A DNA stretch of 60,547 nucleotides from an uncultured Candidatus Saccharibacteria bacterium. Its GTDB lineage: Bacteria; Patescibacteriota; Minisyncoccia; Phycocordibacterales; CAIRYW01. The stretch is taken from positions 1-60,547 of the forward strand of contig CAZAOU010000003.1 in NCBI GenBank assembly GCA_964487135.1, read 5' to 3'. This document shows, piece after piece, positions 48,889 through 57,322 of the stretch; within the stretch, counting starts at the first letter, position 1, and each line of letters opens with the position of its first letter. Under the pieces are notes generated by a model, which ran no database searches, was not told the origin of the DNA, and worked only from the letters and a program-made list of their open reading frames with translations. A program made the translations under genes and the position numbers.

Positions 48889-49617
48889 TCAGGGGATTCC
48901 CTGGTCTCGGCGAAGGACGAAGAGCGAAGTGCTCTCCTCCTTCTCGTCGGGCCCATTCCAGATGTGGCCCGTTACGATAGCTTGCAAATCCGCGAACTGC
49001 GGATTTGGGTCAAATTTGAAACCGCCGGAGTGAGTTCCGTCACTCCAAGTCCCTACGGCGCTTCCTCTGGGAAGAAGGAAGAGGTGCTTTCCGCCATCGC
49101 CCGTCTGTGCCTCAAACGAAATGTCCTCAGCAGACCAACTCGCGTTGGTGAACCGGATTCCTTTGATTGAGGCGTCGCCTTTGGTGGGGCGATGAACCGT
49201 CATTGTCCATGTTCCGTGGGCGGGGTTTGTCCGCCTCTCGATGCTCTCATCGATGGCTTTTCGGCCACTGATGTGAGCGTTTTCCACGGTGCACCTCGTG
49301 ACGAGGCAGAACACCGCGATGAACCCACCTCCAAAGACAACCCACAGGATGACCTTCAACCACATCTCATTCCGCCGATGACCCTCGTGCCCATCGAGTT
49401 GATGGGGAGGGTTTCCTCCGCCGGCGCTTGCCGGTGCGGGGTGGTTGTGTTGCTGGTCACCTTGGCCAGCTCCCGTGTTCCCCCCAGCGGGCGCTGGAGG
49501 TGTTGCGGGTGTAGTTGGGGGCTGGTTGGTATTCCTCCGAGCTGGCGCAATCCACCGAAACCAGATGATTAGTCCGAGGGGGACTAATCCGAGCAAAACA
49601 ATAATTAAGGTTTCCAT
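48889..49617 (-). CDS. Hypothetical membrane protein with Pro/Gly-rich linker (GC-rich)
   Basis: TM, PPTTPATPPAPAGG linker, second TM, beta-rich C-domain. Confidence 0.65.
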   Translation of the reverse strand: METLIIVLLGLVPLGLIIWFRWIAPARRNTNQPPTTPATPPAPAGGNTGAGQGDQQHNHPAPASAGGGNPPHQLDGHEGHRRNEMWLKVILWVVFGGGFIAVFCLVTRCTVENAHISGRKAIDESIERRTNPAHGTWTMTVHRPTKGDASIKGIRFTNASWSAEDISFEAQTGDGGKHLFLLPRGSAVGTWSDGTHSGGFKFDPNPQFADLQAIVTGHIWNGPDEKEESTSLFVLRRDQGIP

Positions 49618-49629
49618 ATTTTCTTCTCC

Positions 49630-50799
49630 TTAAGGATTGTTTCTTCCACCGCTGCCTCCGGAGTTGCTCGGAGGATTCGGGTTACTCGCAGCCTTTTGGA
49701 GAAAGATGTCCGCGACACTTCCTCCGACTACTTGGGCATTTTCGAACCCTCGGACAACTTTTGCTCCGAGGATTAGATCAACTGTTGCAGTCATTGTGTC
49801 GCCGTCCATTCCTTTTAGCGCCGCCGCCCTTGTGGTAATAGCGGATGCATCTCCTTGGGCTTCCAGCTCTTTTGCCGCCTTGCTTCCTTCCGCCCTGATT
49901 TTCATGGCATCTCTGTCCCCTTCAGCCTCTGTCCTCTTTACATCAGCCGCCGCCGCCGCCGCCTTTTTTTCAGCTTCTTTTGCTTCGACTGCCGCCGCCG
50001 CCACCACAACCTTCGCTTGCTCCGCTTTGATTGAGCTCGGCAAAACCAGGTCTGCGATTCTCACTGTCTGGATGGTTAGTCCATAAGCTTCGAATTCGTC
50101 CTTGAGAGCCTTTTCCATCGCGAGGCTGATGTCCAGTAGTTTGTCCAGGATCTCGCGGACGCTCAACTTTCCGATTTCTTGACGGAACGCGGTTTGCACC
50201 GGTTCACACAGGAAAGTGACAACCTCGTCGAGGTTGTCTACGGCCTCCGACAATTTGACTGTGTCAGTGGTCTCGAAATTGACAATGATCACGGGTGTGA
50301 CTTGCATCGGCTGATCCAGGATGTGGCCAGTTGGACTTTGAGCTGCATTGACTTGCACCGATTCCACGGGGCAGAAGAGCTCGTTTTTGTTTTGAGCTTC
50401 TCCTGACGGAGAGCTTGCGAACCTCATTTGGCCTTCGCGGTCGAAGATTTCGATCCCGCAAATTCCAAACGGGGTGAATTGCAACCCAGCTCCAACAGTG
50501 TGTTTTCCTTTTTTGAAGAGGGTATGAAGCCCCTTCTCGGACTGTTTTAATGTCCGAAAGCTTGCCAACGTGTGGGCGAGCAACACAACCTGAAACACAA
50601 TGGTCACAGGTAGGAACAGTGTTCCAACTTCGATCGCCAAACACAAGGCGATCCCGATACCGCCAACCCAGTTTGTAACTTCCGGGCTAGGGTAGAGGGT
50701 GATGCCTCCGAGGACTTTAGCCCCGCAGGCAACCATGGTGAAAAACACCAGGAGCAGTAGTGTAATCGTTGCTCCAACGATTTCGATCAAGGTGATCAT
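49630..50799 (-). CDS. SPFH/band-7 domain membrane protein (GC-rich)
   Basis: N-terminal TMs, GLHTLF.K....GAGLQF, YGLTIQTVRIADLVLP, Ala-rich coiled coil with AEGD/AEGS/AQGD. Confidence 0.8.
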   Translation of the reverse strand: MITLIEIVGATITLLLLVFFTMVACGAKVLGGITLYPSPEVTNWVGGIGIALCLAIEVGTLFLPVTIVFQVVLLAHTLASFRTLKQSEKGLHTLFKKGKHTVGAGLQFTPFGICGIEIFDREGQMRFASSPSGEAQNKNELFCPVESVQVNAAQSPTGHILDQPMQVTPVIIVNFETTDTVKLSEAVDNLDEVVTFLCEPVQTAFRQEIGKLSVREILDKLLDISLAMEKALKDEFEAYGLTIQTVRIADLVLPSSIKAEQAKVVVAAAAVEAKEAEKKAAAAAADVKRTEAEGDRDAMKIRAEGSKAAKELEAQGDASAITTRAAALKGMDGDTMTATVDLILGAKVVRGFENAQVVGGSVADIFLQKAASNPNPPSNSGGSGGRNNP

Positions 50800-50919
50800 T
50801 TCTTTTTTGGTGCCTTTCTAAACACCAGTTTTTTGTTGTGGAGTGTCAACGAACTGAACTCTCGTGGGGCGTGGCCCCGCGAGCAATTCGCTGAGCAACC
50901 CCTTGAGTTGATTGTGCGT

Positions 50920-50948
50920 ATTCTATCACATTTTTGCTAAAAAGTCAA
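50920..50948 (-). promoter_or_regulatory. Sigma70 promoter for the SPFH operon
   Basis: TTGACT-17nt-TAGAAT with TG extension. Confidence 0.7.
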
Positions 50949-51099
50949 ATATATGGTGTCCAAAAAAGAGCTCAACAGAGCCATTTTTTGATATTTCATT
51001 TAGATATTAATTAAGCATGATATTTTTATAGTTTCGTGTATTTACTGAGGTTCCGCCTTAGTTGGGGATAAAAATGAGATTTTTTTAGAATTATGAAAT

Positions 51100-51137
51100 A
51101 AAGGCGGTCAATTTTATGTTCAAAATTGACCGCCTTT
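51100..51137. terminator. Hairpin downstream of tRNA-Leu(TAG)
   Basis: aaaggcggtcaatttt-atgttc-aaaattgaccgccttt. Confidence 0.7.
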
Positions 51138-51200
51138 AAAATATTTTTGTGAATACAAAAATAAAAAATAATCCTTATTTTCTAAGGATTATTTTTGCTG

Positions 51201-51283
51201 TGGGCAAGGGGGGACTCGAACCCCCATGGATTGCTCCACTGGTTCCTAAGACCAGCGCGTCTAGCCAATTTCGCCACTCGCCC
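51201..51283 (-). tRNA. tRNA-Leu(TAG)
   Basis: GGGCGAG/CTTGCCC acceptor, ctggt-ctTAGga-accag, variable arm. Confidence 0.94.
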
Positions 51284-51353
51284 GATTGAGACATCATAAA
51301 TCATTATGGTTTTTTTTCCAACACCTTTTTGTAAAAAGTTAAAATCTAACTGT

Positions 51354-51825
51354 ATGAAATATCCCACTATCGTTTCCGTCGTCGTGTTCTTTTTTACTAC
51401 TTTGTTTGCAAAGGGAGAGGAGTTGTTGCCTCAAGCAGTTTTTTTCTTCTACAGCGCAAGGGTCAGAACTTTTGCTTCAGGGCAATACCTTTACTGCAAA
51501 GTTTAAGGTTCGCGTTTCTGTTCCTCCCGGAAGAATTATCAGATTGCCAAAGCACGGCGCCTTTGTTGTTGGACTCTTCAACAACGAAGGAAAGCTGATT
51601 GAAGAAAAAATAGCAATAATTTCTTCAACAACTGCGATGGCTTCCGGATCCTATCTGAAATTTGAAAAGGGGAGGATGGTTACAATAAACACCTTCTTTA
51701 AGGTTGGTGAAGCTCTGAAGGGAGAGTTTGATGCTCGGATTACAAAAATCTTTTGGCATGAAAACTCTTTCGTAAGAATTTACGAGCCCACTCCCCCAAT
51801 CAAGACAAACAAAGTTTCAAAGTAG
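51354..51825 (+). pseudogene. Secreted hypothetical protein split by a frameshift at a T7 tract
   Basis: Signal peptide MKYPTIVSVVVFFFTTLFA in one frame; body continues in the +1 frame after T7 at 51439-51445. Confidence 0.55.
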
Positions 51826-51991
51826 AATCCTTGCTGAGGTAGAACCCTCAGTATTTTTTTGCAAATGTTTGTTTTTTTGATATATTCTCTCTGTAGTGAA
51901 GAGGAATGAATGATGTTTGATAATGTGTTTTTGTTAAAAAATATATTTTATTATTCACTAGCCACTCGTCACTAATCACTTTCCAATTTTT

Positions 51992-52064
51992 CCACCCATA
52001 GCTCAGCTGGTAGAGCAGATCCCTCTTAAGGATAAGGTCGTAGGTTCGATCCCTACTGGGTGGA
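51992..52064 (+). tRNA. tRNA-Lys(CTT)
   Basis: CCACCCA/TGGGTGG acceptor, ctCTTaa loop, gtagg-TTCGATC-cctac. Confidence 0.92.
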
Positions 52065-52229
52065 TATGTTATGCATTGTGTAAGCGTATTGTGTAAGCGA
52101 TAGCTTACACGTAGGGATCGAACAGCGGAGTATATTTTTTCCAGCAGGAAAAAATACGAGCTGGTGCCCAATCCGAGCTTTGCGACGGCAAAGCGAGAGA
52201 TGAGGGAGATCCCTACTGGGTGGATATGT
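52048..52229 (+). mobile_element. Small structured insert flanked by a 22-bp duplication of the tRNA-Lys 3' end
   Basis: gatccctactgggtggatatgt at 52048-52069 and 52208-52229; internal AGCA and GACG hairpins and an inverted copy of the T-arm. Confidence 0.6.
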
Positions 52230-52329
52230 ATTGTATAAGCTATAAAAATCTCCGCTAGGCCTGGCCCCGCGGAAGCCAAAAATAACTAACTACTCGTCAC
52301 TTTCTTTTGCAAAATGTTATAATCTCGCA

Positions 52330-53325
52330 ATGATTTCAGTTAGAGAGATAACACAAAAAGAAGAGTGGGAAGCTTTTTCTAATAAGTATGGTTTTCCTTT
52401 TACTCAGTCTTTTGAATACGGTAAATGGCAAGAAATATCAGGTAGAGATGTTTACAGGTTTGTTGTAGAGGGTGATGGTATTCCAGCACTTTTTTGTCAG
52501 ACTATAAAATATTCTTTGCCGTTTGGATTACATTATTGGTATGTTCCGTATGGCCCCATTGTTTTAGATAATAAAAAAGAGATATTTGATGAATTTATAA
52601 ATTATATTTCTCATAATAAATTATTTTCTGGCAGTTTATTTTTTAGAGTTGATTCTCAATTGTTCAATAAAAAATCTGGTTTTGTATTGTCGTCTTTTGA
52701 CACATCTTTTACTCAACCAAAAAATGAGTGGTGTCTTGATATCAGTAAATTCTCAGAGGAAATTCTTGGAGCAATGCACGAAAAACATAGATATAGTATT
52801 CGTTTAGCTGAAAAAAAAGGTGTTAAAGTTTCTTTAATTACCGAAAAATTTTCAGATTATTTAGAAAATTTTCTTTCTTTAATGAAGGAAACCGCTTCTC
52901 GTAATAGTTTTTCTTTACACTATCAATCGTATTACAAAAATATTTTTGCACGTTTGGATGAAAATAAAAGTCGTAGTTTTTTAGCTGTTGCATCACACGA
53001 AATGGATATTTTAGCTATACATCTTATTATTGTTGAAGGAGATACAGCCCATTATATTTTTGGTGCTTCATCGGATAATAAAAAAAACTTATGCGCGCCA
53101 CACAAAACACACTTTGAATCAATTTTATTTGCCAAAAATCTAGGTGTAAAAATATATAATTTTGGGGGTATTTCCGATGATAAATCTTCGTGGCAGGGCA
53201 TAACCAGCTTTAAGAAAAGATTTGGTGGTTATGAGGTAATTCATGATAAATCATACGATATGCCAATAAAGCCATTTTTTTATAAAATATATAAACTATA
53301 TAAATTGATAAGAAAATTTGTATGA
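52330..53325 (+). CDS. FemAB/FemX family peptidoglycan bridge aminoacyltransferase
   Basis: FTQSFEYGKWQ, YVPYGP, KHRYSIRLAEKKGV, YIFGAS, YNFGGI, ITSFKKRFGG. Confidence 0.9.
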   Translation: MISVREITQKEEWEAFSNKYGFPFTQSFEYGKWQEISGRDVYRFVVEGDGIPALFCQTIKYSLPFGLHYWYVPYGPIVLDNKKEIFDEFINYISHNKLFSGSLFFRVDSQLFNKKSGFVLSSFDTSFTQPKNEWCLDISKFSEEILGAMHEKHRYSIRLAEKKGVKVSLITEKFSDYLENFLSLMKETASRNSFSLHYQSYYKNIFARLDENKSRSFLAVASHEMDILAIHLIIVEGDTAHYIFGASSDNKKNLCAPHKTHFESILFAKNLGVKIYNFGGISDDKSSWQGITSFKKRFGGYEVIHDKSYDMPIKPFFYKIYKLYKLIRKFV

Positions 53326-54626
53326 AAAATATAATTAAAAAAATAATTCCCAAAGTTTTTTTTAATTTTTATTATTTCTTCTTGGCAGAACTAGGTGCTT
53401 TTATTTATGGATATCCATCAAAAAAAATTATTGTAATTGGTATTACTGGCACCAAAGGAAAAACCTCAACCTCAAATTTTCTGTGGAGTGCTCTTAATTC
53501 TGCTCAAATAAAAACCGGTATTATTTCAACTGCAAACATAAGAATCGGAAATAAAGAAAAAATTAATGATTTTCATATGACAATGCCGGGGCGTTTTGTT
53601 ATACAAAAATATTTAAGAGAGATTGTAAAAGAGGGGTGTGAAGTGGCTATTGTGGAGGTTACTTCGCAAGGAATTTTGCAGTATAGACACAAAGGAATAG
53701 ATTTTGATGTAGCGATATTTACTAATCTTACTCCAGAGCACATAGACGCACATGGTTCTTTTGAAAATTATAAAAAAACAAAAGGAAAATTTTTTGAATG
53801 TCTTTCAAAATCTAAACATAAAAAATTTAGAGGGAAGGCTTTTCCAAAAATTATTGTGACAAATGCCGATAGTTCTGAAGAAGAATATTTTAAAAAATTT
53901 AATGCCGATCAAAAATATTCTTTTGGAATAAAAAACAATGCTTCGTATAAAGCAAATGATGTTAAAACTGAAAATGGAGTAGTTTCATTTGATGTTGATT
54001 CAAAAATATATGAGCTTTCTTTGCCCGGAGTTTTTAATATTTATAATGCTCTTCCGGCTGTATCTTTAGCAAAATCTTTTGGTATTTCTTATGAAGATGT
54101 TTTTTGTGGACTAAAAAAAATAAGTAATATTCCGGGGAGGATGGAGGAAATTAATGCTGGACAAAATTTTAAAGTTTTTGTTGACTATGCTCACGAAAAA
54201 GCCAGTATGACAGCTTGTGTTGAAACAGCGCGTTCTCTTGCACTAAATAATAAAATTATTATTTTGCTTGGAGCCGAGGGAGGTGGAAGAGACAAAGGTA
54301 AAAGAAGTGCTATGGGTGAAGTTGTTGGAAAATATGCTGATCATGTTGTTGTTTCAAATGTCGATCCGTATGACGATGATCCTATGCCTATTGCTGAGGA
54401 TATTGCAGTAGTTGCCGAAAAACACGGCAAAAAAAGAAATGAAAATCTTTTTGTAATTTTGGATAGACGCCAGGGTATTAATAAGGCCCTTTCTTTGGCC
54501 AACGAGGGTGATGTAGTGATGATTACCGGAAAAGGGGCTGAGCAGTCTATGATTATTGGAAATCAAACTATTGACTGGGATGATAGAAAAGTTGTTAGAG
54601 AAGAATTGTTAAAAATAAATGGATAA
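53322..54626 (+). CDS. murE: UDP-N-acetylmuramyl-tripeptide synthetase MurE
   Basis: GITGTKGKTST, EVTSQG, FTNLTPEHIDAH, PGRMEE, VDYAH, GAEGGGRD, DRRQGI, GKGAE. Confidence 0.9.
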   Translation: MKNIIKKIIPKVFFNFYYFFLAELGAFIYGYPSKKIIVIGITGTKGKTSTSNFLWSALNSAQIKTGIISTANIRIGNKEKINDFHMTMPGRFVIQKYLREIVKEGCEVAIVEVTSQGILQYRHKGIDFDVAIFTNLTPEHIDAHGSFENYKKTKGKFFECLSKSKHKKFRGKAFPKIIVTNADSSEEEYFKKFNADQKYSFGIKNNASYKANDVKTENGVVSFDVDSKIYELSLPGVFNIYNALPAVSLAKSFGISYEDVFCGLKKISNIPGRMEEINAGQNFKVFVDYAHEKASMTACVETARSLALNNKIIILLGAEGGGRDKGKRSAMGEVVGKYADHVVVSNVDPYDDDPMPIAEDIAVVAEKHGKKRNENLFVILDRRQGINKALSLANEGDVVMITGKGAEQSMIIGNQTIDWDDRKVVREELLKING

Positions 54627-56493
54627 GAGTAAATCATCACTTATAATTATTTGTTTATTTTTTTTGGGAATATTTTTTTTAATTATAGGAGTGGGTTCTG
54701 TTTTTAATATTGGTTATGTTTCTAATATTTTAGAAACCAAAGAAACTGAAAAGGTTTTTAATCCCGATCGGTATGGTTGGAAGGAAGTTGTCTCTACAAA
54801 TAAATGGAGTAAGAGAGATTCGCATACGGAGTATCAATTTGGAGGAAAGTTGTTTATTTTGGGTGGTTTAAATGGTGAACCGGGAATTGTTGCTCATCAC
54901 ACTGTTGTATACGAAAATGTGCCACATTACAACGATATATGGGTTAGTGATGATGGGGCTTCGTGGACTATGGCTTTAGAACATGCAAAATTTCCTCCAG
55001 TAAGATCAGCGTCTGTTGTTGAATACGGTGGAGCTCTTTATATGTATGGAGGATGGAGTCCAGAAATTGGATACACACTTGGTATTTGGAAATCATTGGA
55101 TGGAATAAATTGGGAACAAATTTTAAAAAAACCAGATTATGATGAAAGAGAAGGTCAGATTGTAAGAGTCTTTAAAGGTAAAATTTATTTGATAGGCGGA
55201 GTAAATTATGGGCTCAAAAAAACTTTTAATGATGTTTGGGAATCAAGTGACGGAATTAATTTTAAAAAAATTACAGACGCTCCTTGGGCTTCAAGATGGG
55301 ATCATGATGTGGCGGAATTGAATGGGGAACTTTATTTAGCTTCTGGCATGAGTTCTGCAACGGTTGGATATCACGATCTCTGGAAATCTTCTGACGGAAT
55401 AAATTGGATTGAGGTTTCATCTTCTACTCCATGGGGATTAAAACAGGGGCACGGTCTCGTAAATTATAAAGGCTATTTATGGTTTGTGGGTGGACTTAAC
55501 ACTTCAAATGATGAAGGAAGAAGTGATACTTGGTATTCAAAAGATGGGACAAATTGGAACAAACTCCCATTTGACGGGGAGTGGACTGGTAGGGAAGATA
55601 TGTCGGTTTATATTTTTAAGGACAAAATTTATATAAATGGTGGGATGGGGGCAGATTGGAGGTGGCAAGATGACGCTTGGGTTTTAGATGAAATATCTTG
55701 TGGAGATGGTCTTCAAGAAAAAATAAGGTCTATTGATAAAAATTATATTTCAAGTGATGAGTGGGCTTTATATTGTTTAGACAAAACGGGAGAACCTTTT
55801 TATATGGCTGGGACAAATGTGGCACATACTCCACATGCCATTGCTAGTGTCACAAAATTGATGACAGCATTGATTGCTTCCGAAAAAATAAAAGATGAAG
55901 ATGTTATTGAGGTCAAAAAAGAAACTATAGGGGTAGGAAGTCTAAATAGGTATAAAGTAGGAGAGAGATTTTATTTTTATCAAGCGTTAAGCTCTCTTTT
56001 GCTGGAGTCTGACAATGATATTGCTAGGAGTATTTCTTATTTTGTTGGAGATAATTATTTTTTGGAATTGATGAATAATAAAGCGAGGGAAATTGGGATG
56101 AAGGATACTACTTTTAAAAATTCTTCCGGTTTAGATTTGTCTGTTCAAATTCAAAGCAATACATCTAGTCCTTATGATTTAGCTAAATTGGTTACTTACA
56201 TACTTAAAAATAAATCTCTGATATTTGATATAGGAAAAAAGAATTTTATGGAAGTAAAAGATATATCTGGTAAAACCCATCATATTGCAAACTCAACCAA
56301 TGAATTACTTAAAGATTTAGAAGTTAAAGATTTTATTGTTGGAGCTAAAACTGGTGAAACCCCACTCGCAAAGAAAAATTTAGTGACTGTTTTTAAGGAT
56401 ATAGGTGGAAACAAGTTTATTTCTATTGTGTTAGGGTCAGCTGATCATTTCTCTGACACTAAAAAAATTATGGGATTGGTGTTACAGAAATAA
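54619..56493 (+). CDS. Kelch/Asp-box beta-propeller fused to a D-Ala-D-Ala carboxypeptidase (S11)
   Basis: Six Kelch-like repeats, then ASVTKLMTA (SxxK), ESDN (SxN), AKTG. Confidence 0.88.
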   Translation: MDKSKSSLIIICLFFLGIFFLIIGVGSVFNIGYVSNILETKETEKVFNPDRYGWKEVVSTNKWSKRDSHTEYQFGGKLFILGGLNGEPGIVAHHTVVYENVPHYNDIWVSDDGASWTMALEHAKFPPVRSASVVEYGGALYMYGGWSPEIGYTLGIWKSLDGINWEQILKKPDYDEREGQIVRVFKGKIYLIGGVNYGLKKTFNDVWESSDGINFKKITDAPWASRWDHDVAELNGELYLASGMSSATVGYHDLWKSSDGINWIEVSSSTPWGLKQGHGLVNYKGYLWFVGGLNTSNDEGRSDTWYSKDGTNWNKLPFDGEWTGREDMSVYIFKDKIYINGGMGADWRWQDDAWVLDEISCGDGLQEKIRSIDKNYISSDEWALYCLDKTGEPFYMAGTNVAHTPHAIASVTKLMTALIASEKIKDEDVIEVKKETIGVGSLNRYKVGERFYFYQALSSLLLESDNDIARSISYFVGDNYFLELMNNKAREIGMKDTTFKNSSGLDLSVQIQSNTSSPYDLAKLVTYILKNKSLIFDIGKKNFMEVKDISGKTHHIANSTNELLKDLEVKDFIVGAKTGETPLAKKNLVTVFKDIGGNKFISIVLGSADHFSDTKKIMGLVLQK

Positions 56494-56552
56494 AGGAAAA
56501 CTACTAAGTACTATTAGTTTTTACCTCTACCTTATATGTTATAATATTAAGT

Positions 56553-57074
56553 GTGAGAAAAAGAGGTTGGACAATAAAAGAATTGAATATTGCTGTAGGA
56601 AAATCTAAAAGCATAAGACAAGTAATATCAAAGTTGGGACTTGTTGAAGCGGGAGGAAACTATGAACAAATAAAAAGAGAAATCAAATCTAATAATATTT
56701 CTACTAAGCATTTTACGGGTAAGGGTTGGCGAAAAGGTTTAACAATTCCCACAGTGCCAGTAATAAGTTTAAAAAAAATTTTGGTTAAAAACAGTTCTTT
56801 TCAAAGTCACAAGTTAAAGAAAAGATTGTTTTTAGAAAAAATAAAAAAACAAAAATGTGAAATTTGTGGATGGAACAAACAAAGTATTGATGGTAGGATT
56901 CCAGTCGAGCTGGACCATATCAACGGTAACAGGTATGATAATCGTCTAGAGAATTTAAGGATTTTGTGTCCAAACTGTCATAGTTTACAGCCAACACACA
57001 GAGGATTAAATAAGAGAAAATGCCCGAGTGGCGTAATTGGTAGCCGCAGGAGACTTAAAATTTCCCGACCGTAA
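56553..57074 (+). CDS. HNH endonuclease
   Basis: CEICG, ELDHINGNRYDNRLENLRILCPNCH; 3' end overlaps tRNA-Leu(TAA). Confidence 0.9.
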   Translation: MRKRGWTIKELNIAVGKSKSIRQVISKLGLVEAGGNYEQIKREIKSNNISTKHFTGKGWRKGLTIPTVPVISLKKILVKNSSFQSHKLKKRLFLEKIKKQKCEICGWNKQSIDGRIPVELDHINGNRYDNRLENLRILCPNCHSLQPTHRGLNKRKCPSGVIGSRRRLKISRP

Positions 57075-57105
57075 GGTCATGTGGGTTCGACTCCCACCTC
57101 GGGCA
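57022..57105 (+). tRNA. tRNA-Leu(TAA)
   Basis: GCCCGAG/CTCGGGC acceptor, ggaga-ctTAAaa-tttcc, variable arm. Confidence 0.93.
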
Positions 57106-57148
57106 TAATTAAAAAAATATAAAAAACATGCTACACTAGGCCGAAAAA

Positions 57149-57212
57149 TGGCGTGGTGGCGAAGTGCATAAAAAGATAGACTAGAGCTGAAGTCTGTACA
57201 AACAATTCCATA
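57149..57212 (+). pseudogene. Degenerate partial copy of tRNA-Cys
   Basis: aaatggcgtggtggcgaagtg identical to 57240-57260; gctgaagtctg..ttccat also shared; no T-arm. Confidence 0.65.
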
Positions 57213-57243
57213 AGGATTGAGGTCATTTATAATATGGAGAAAT

Positions 57244-57315
57244 GGCGTGGTGGCGAAGTGGTAACGCTGAAGTCTGCAAAACTTCCATGCGCGGGTTCGA
57301 TTCCCGCCCACGCCT
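57244..57315 (+). tRNA. tRNA-Cys(GCA)
   Basis: GGCGTGG/CCACGCC acceptor, U73, gaagt-ctGCAaa-acttc. Confidence 0.95.
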
Positions 57316-57322
57316 TAAGTCA

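Noticed and set aside
48758-51950. Prophage or integrative element at tRNA-Leu(TAG)
   Set aside because: No integrase or phage genes, and I found no duplicated tRNA-Leu 3' end bounding the GC-rich block.
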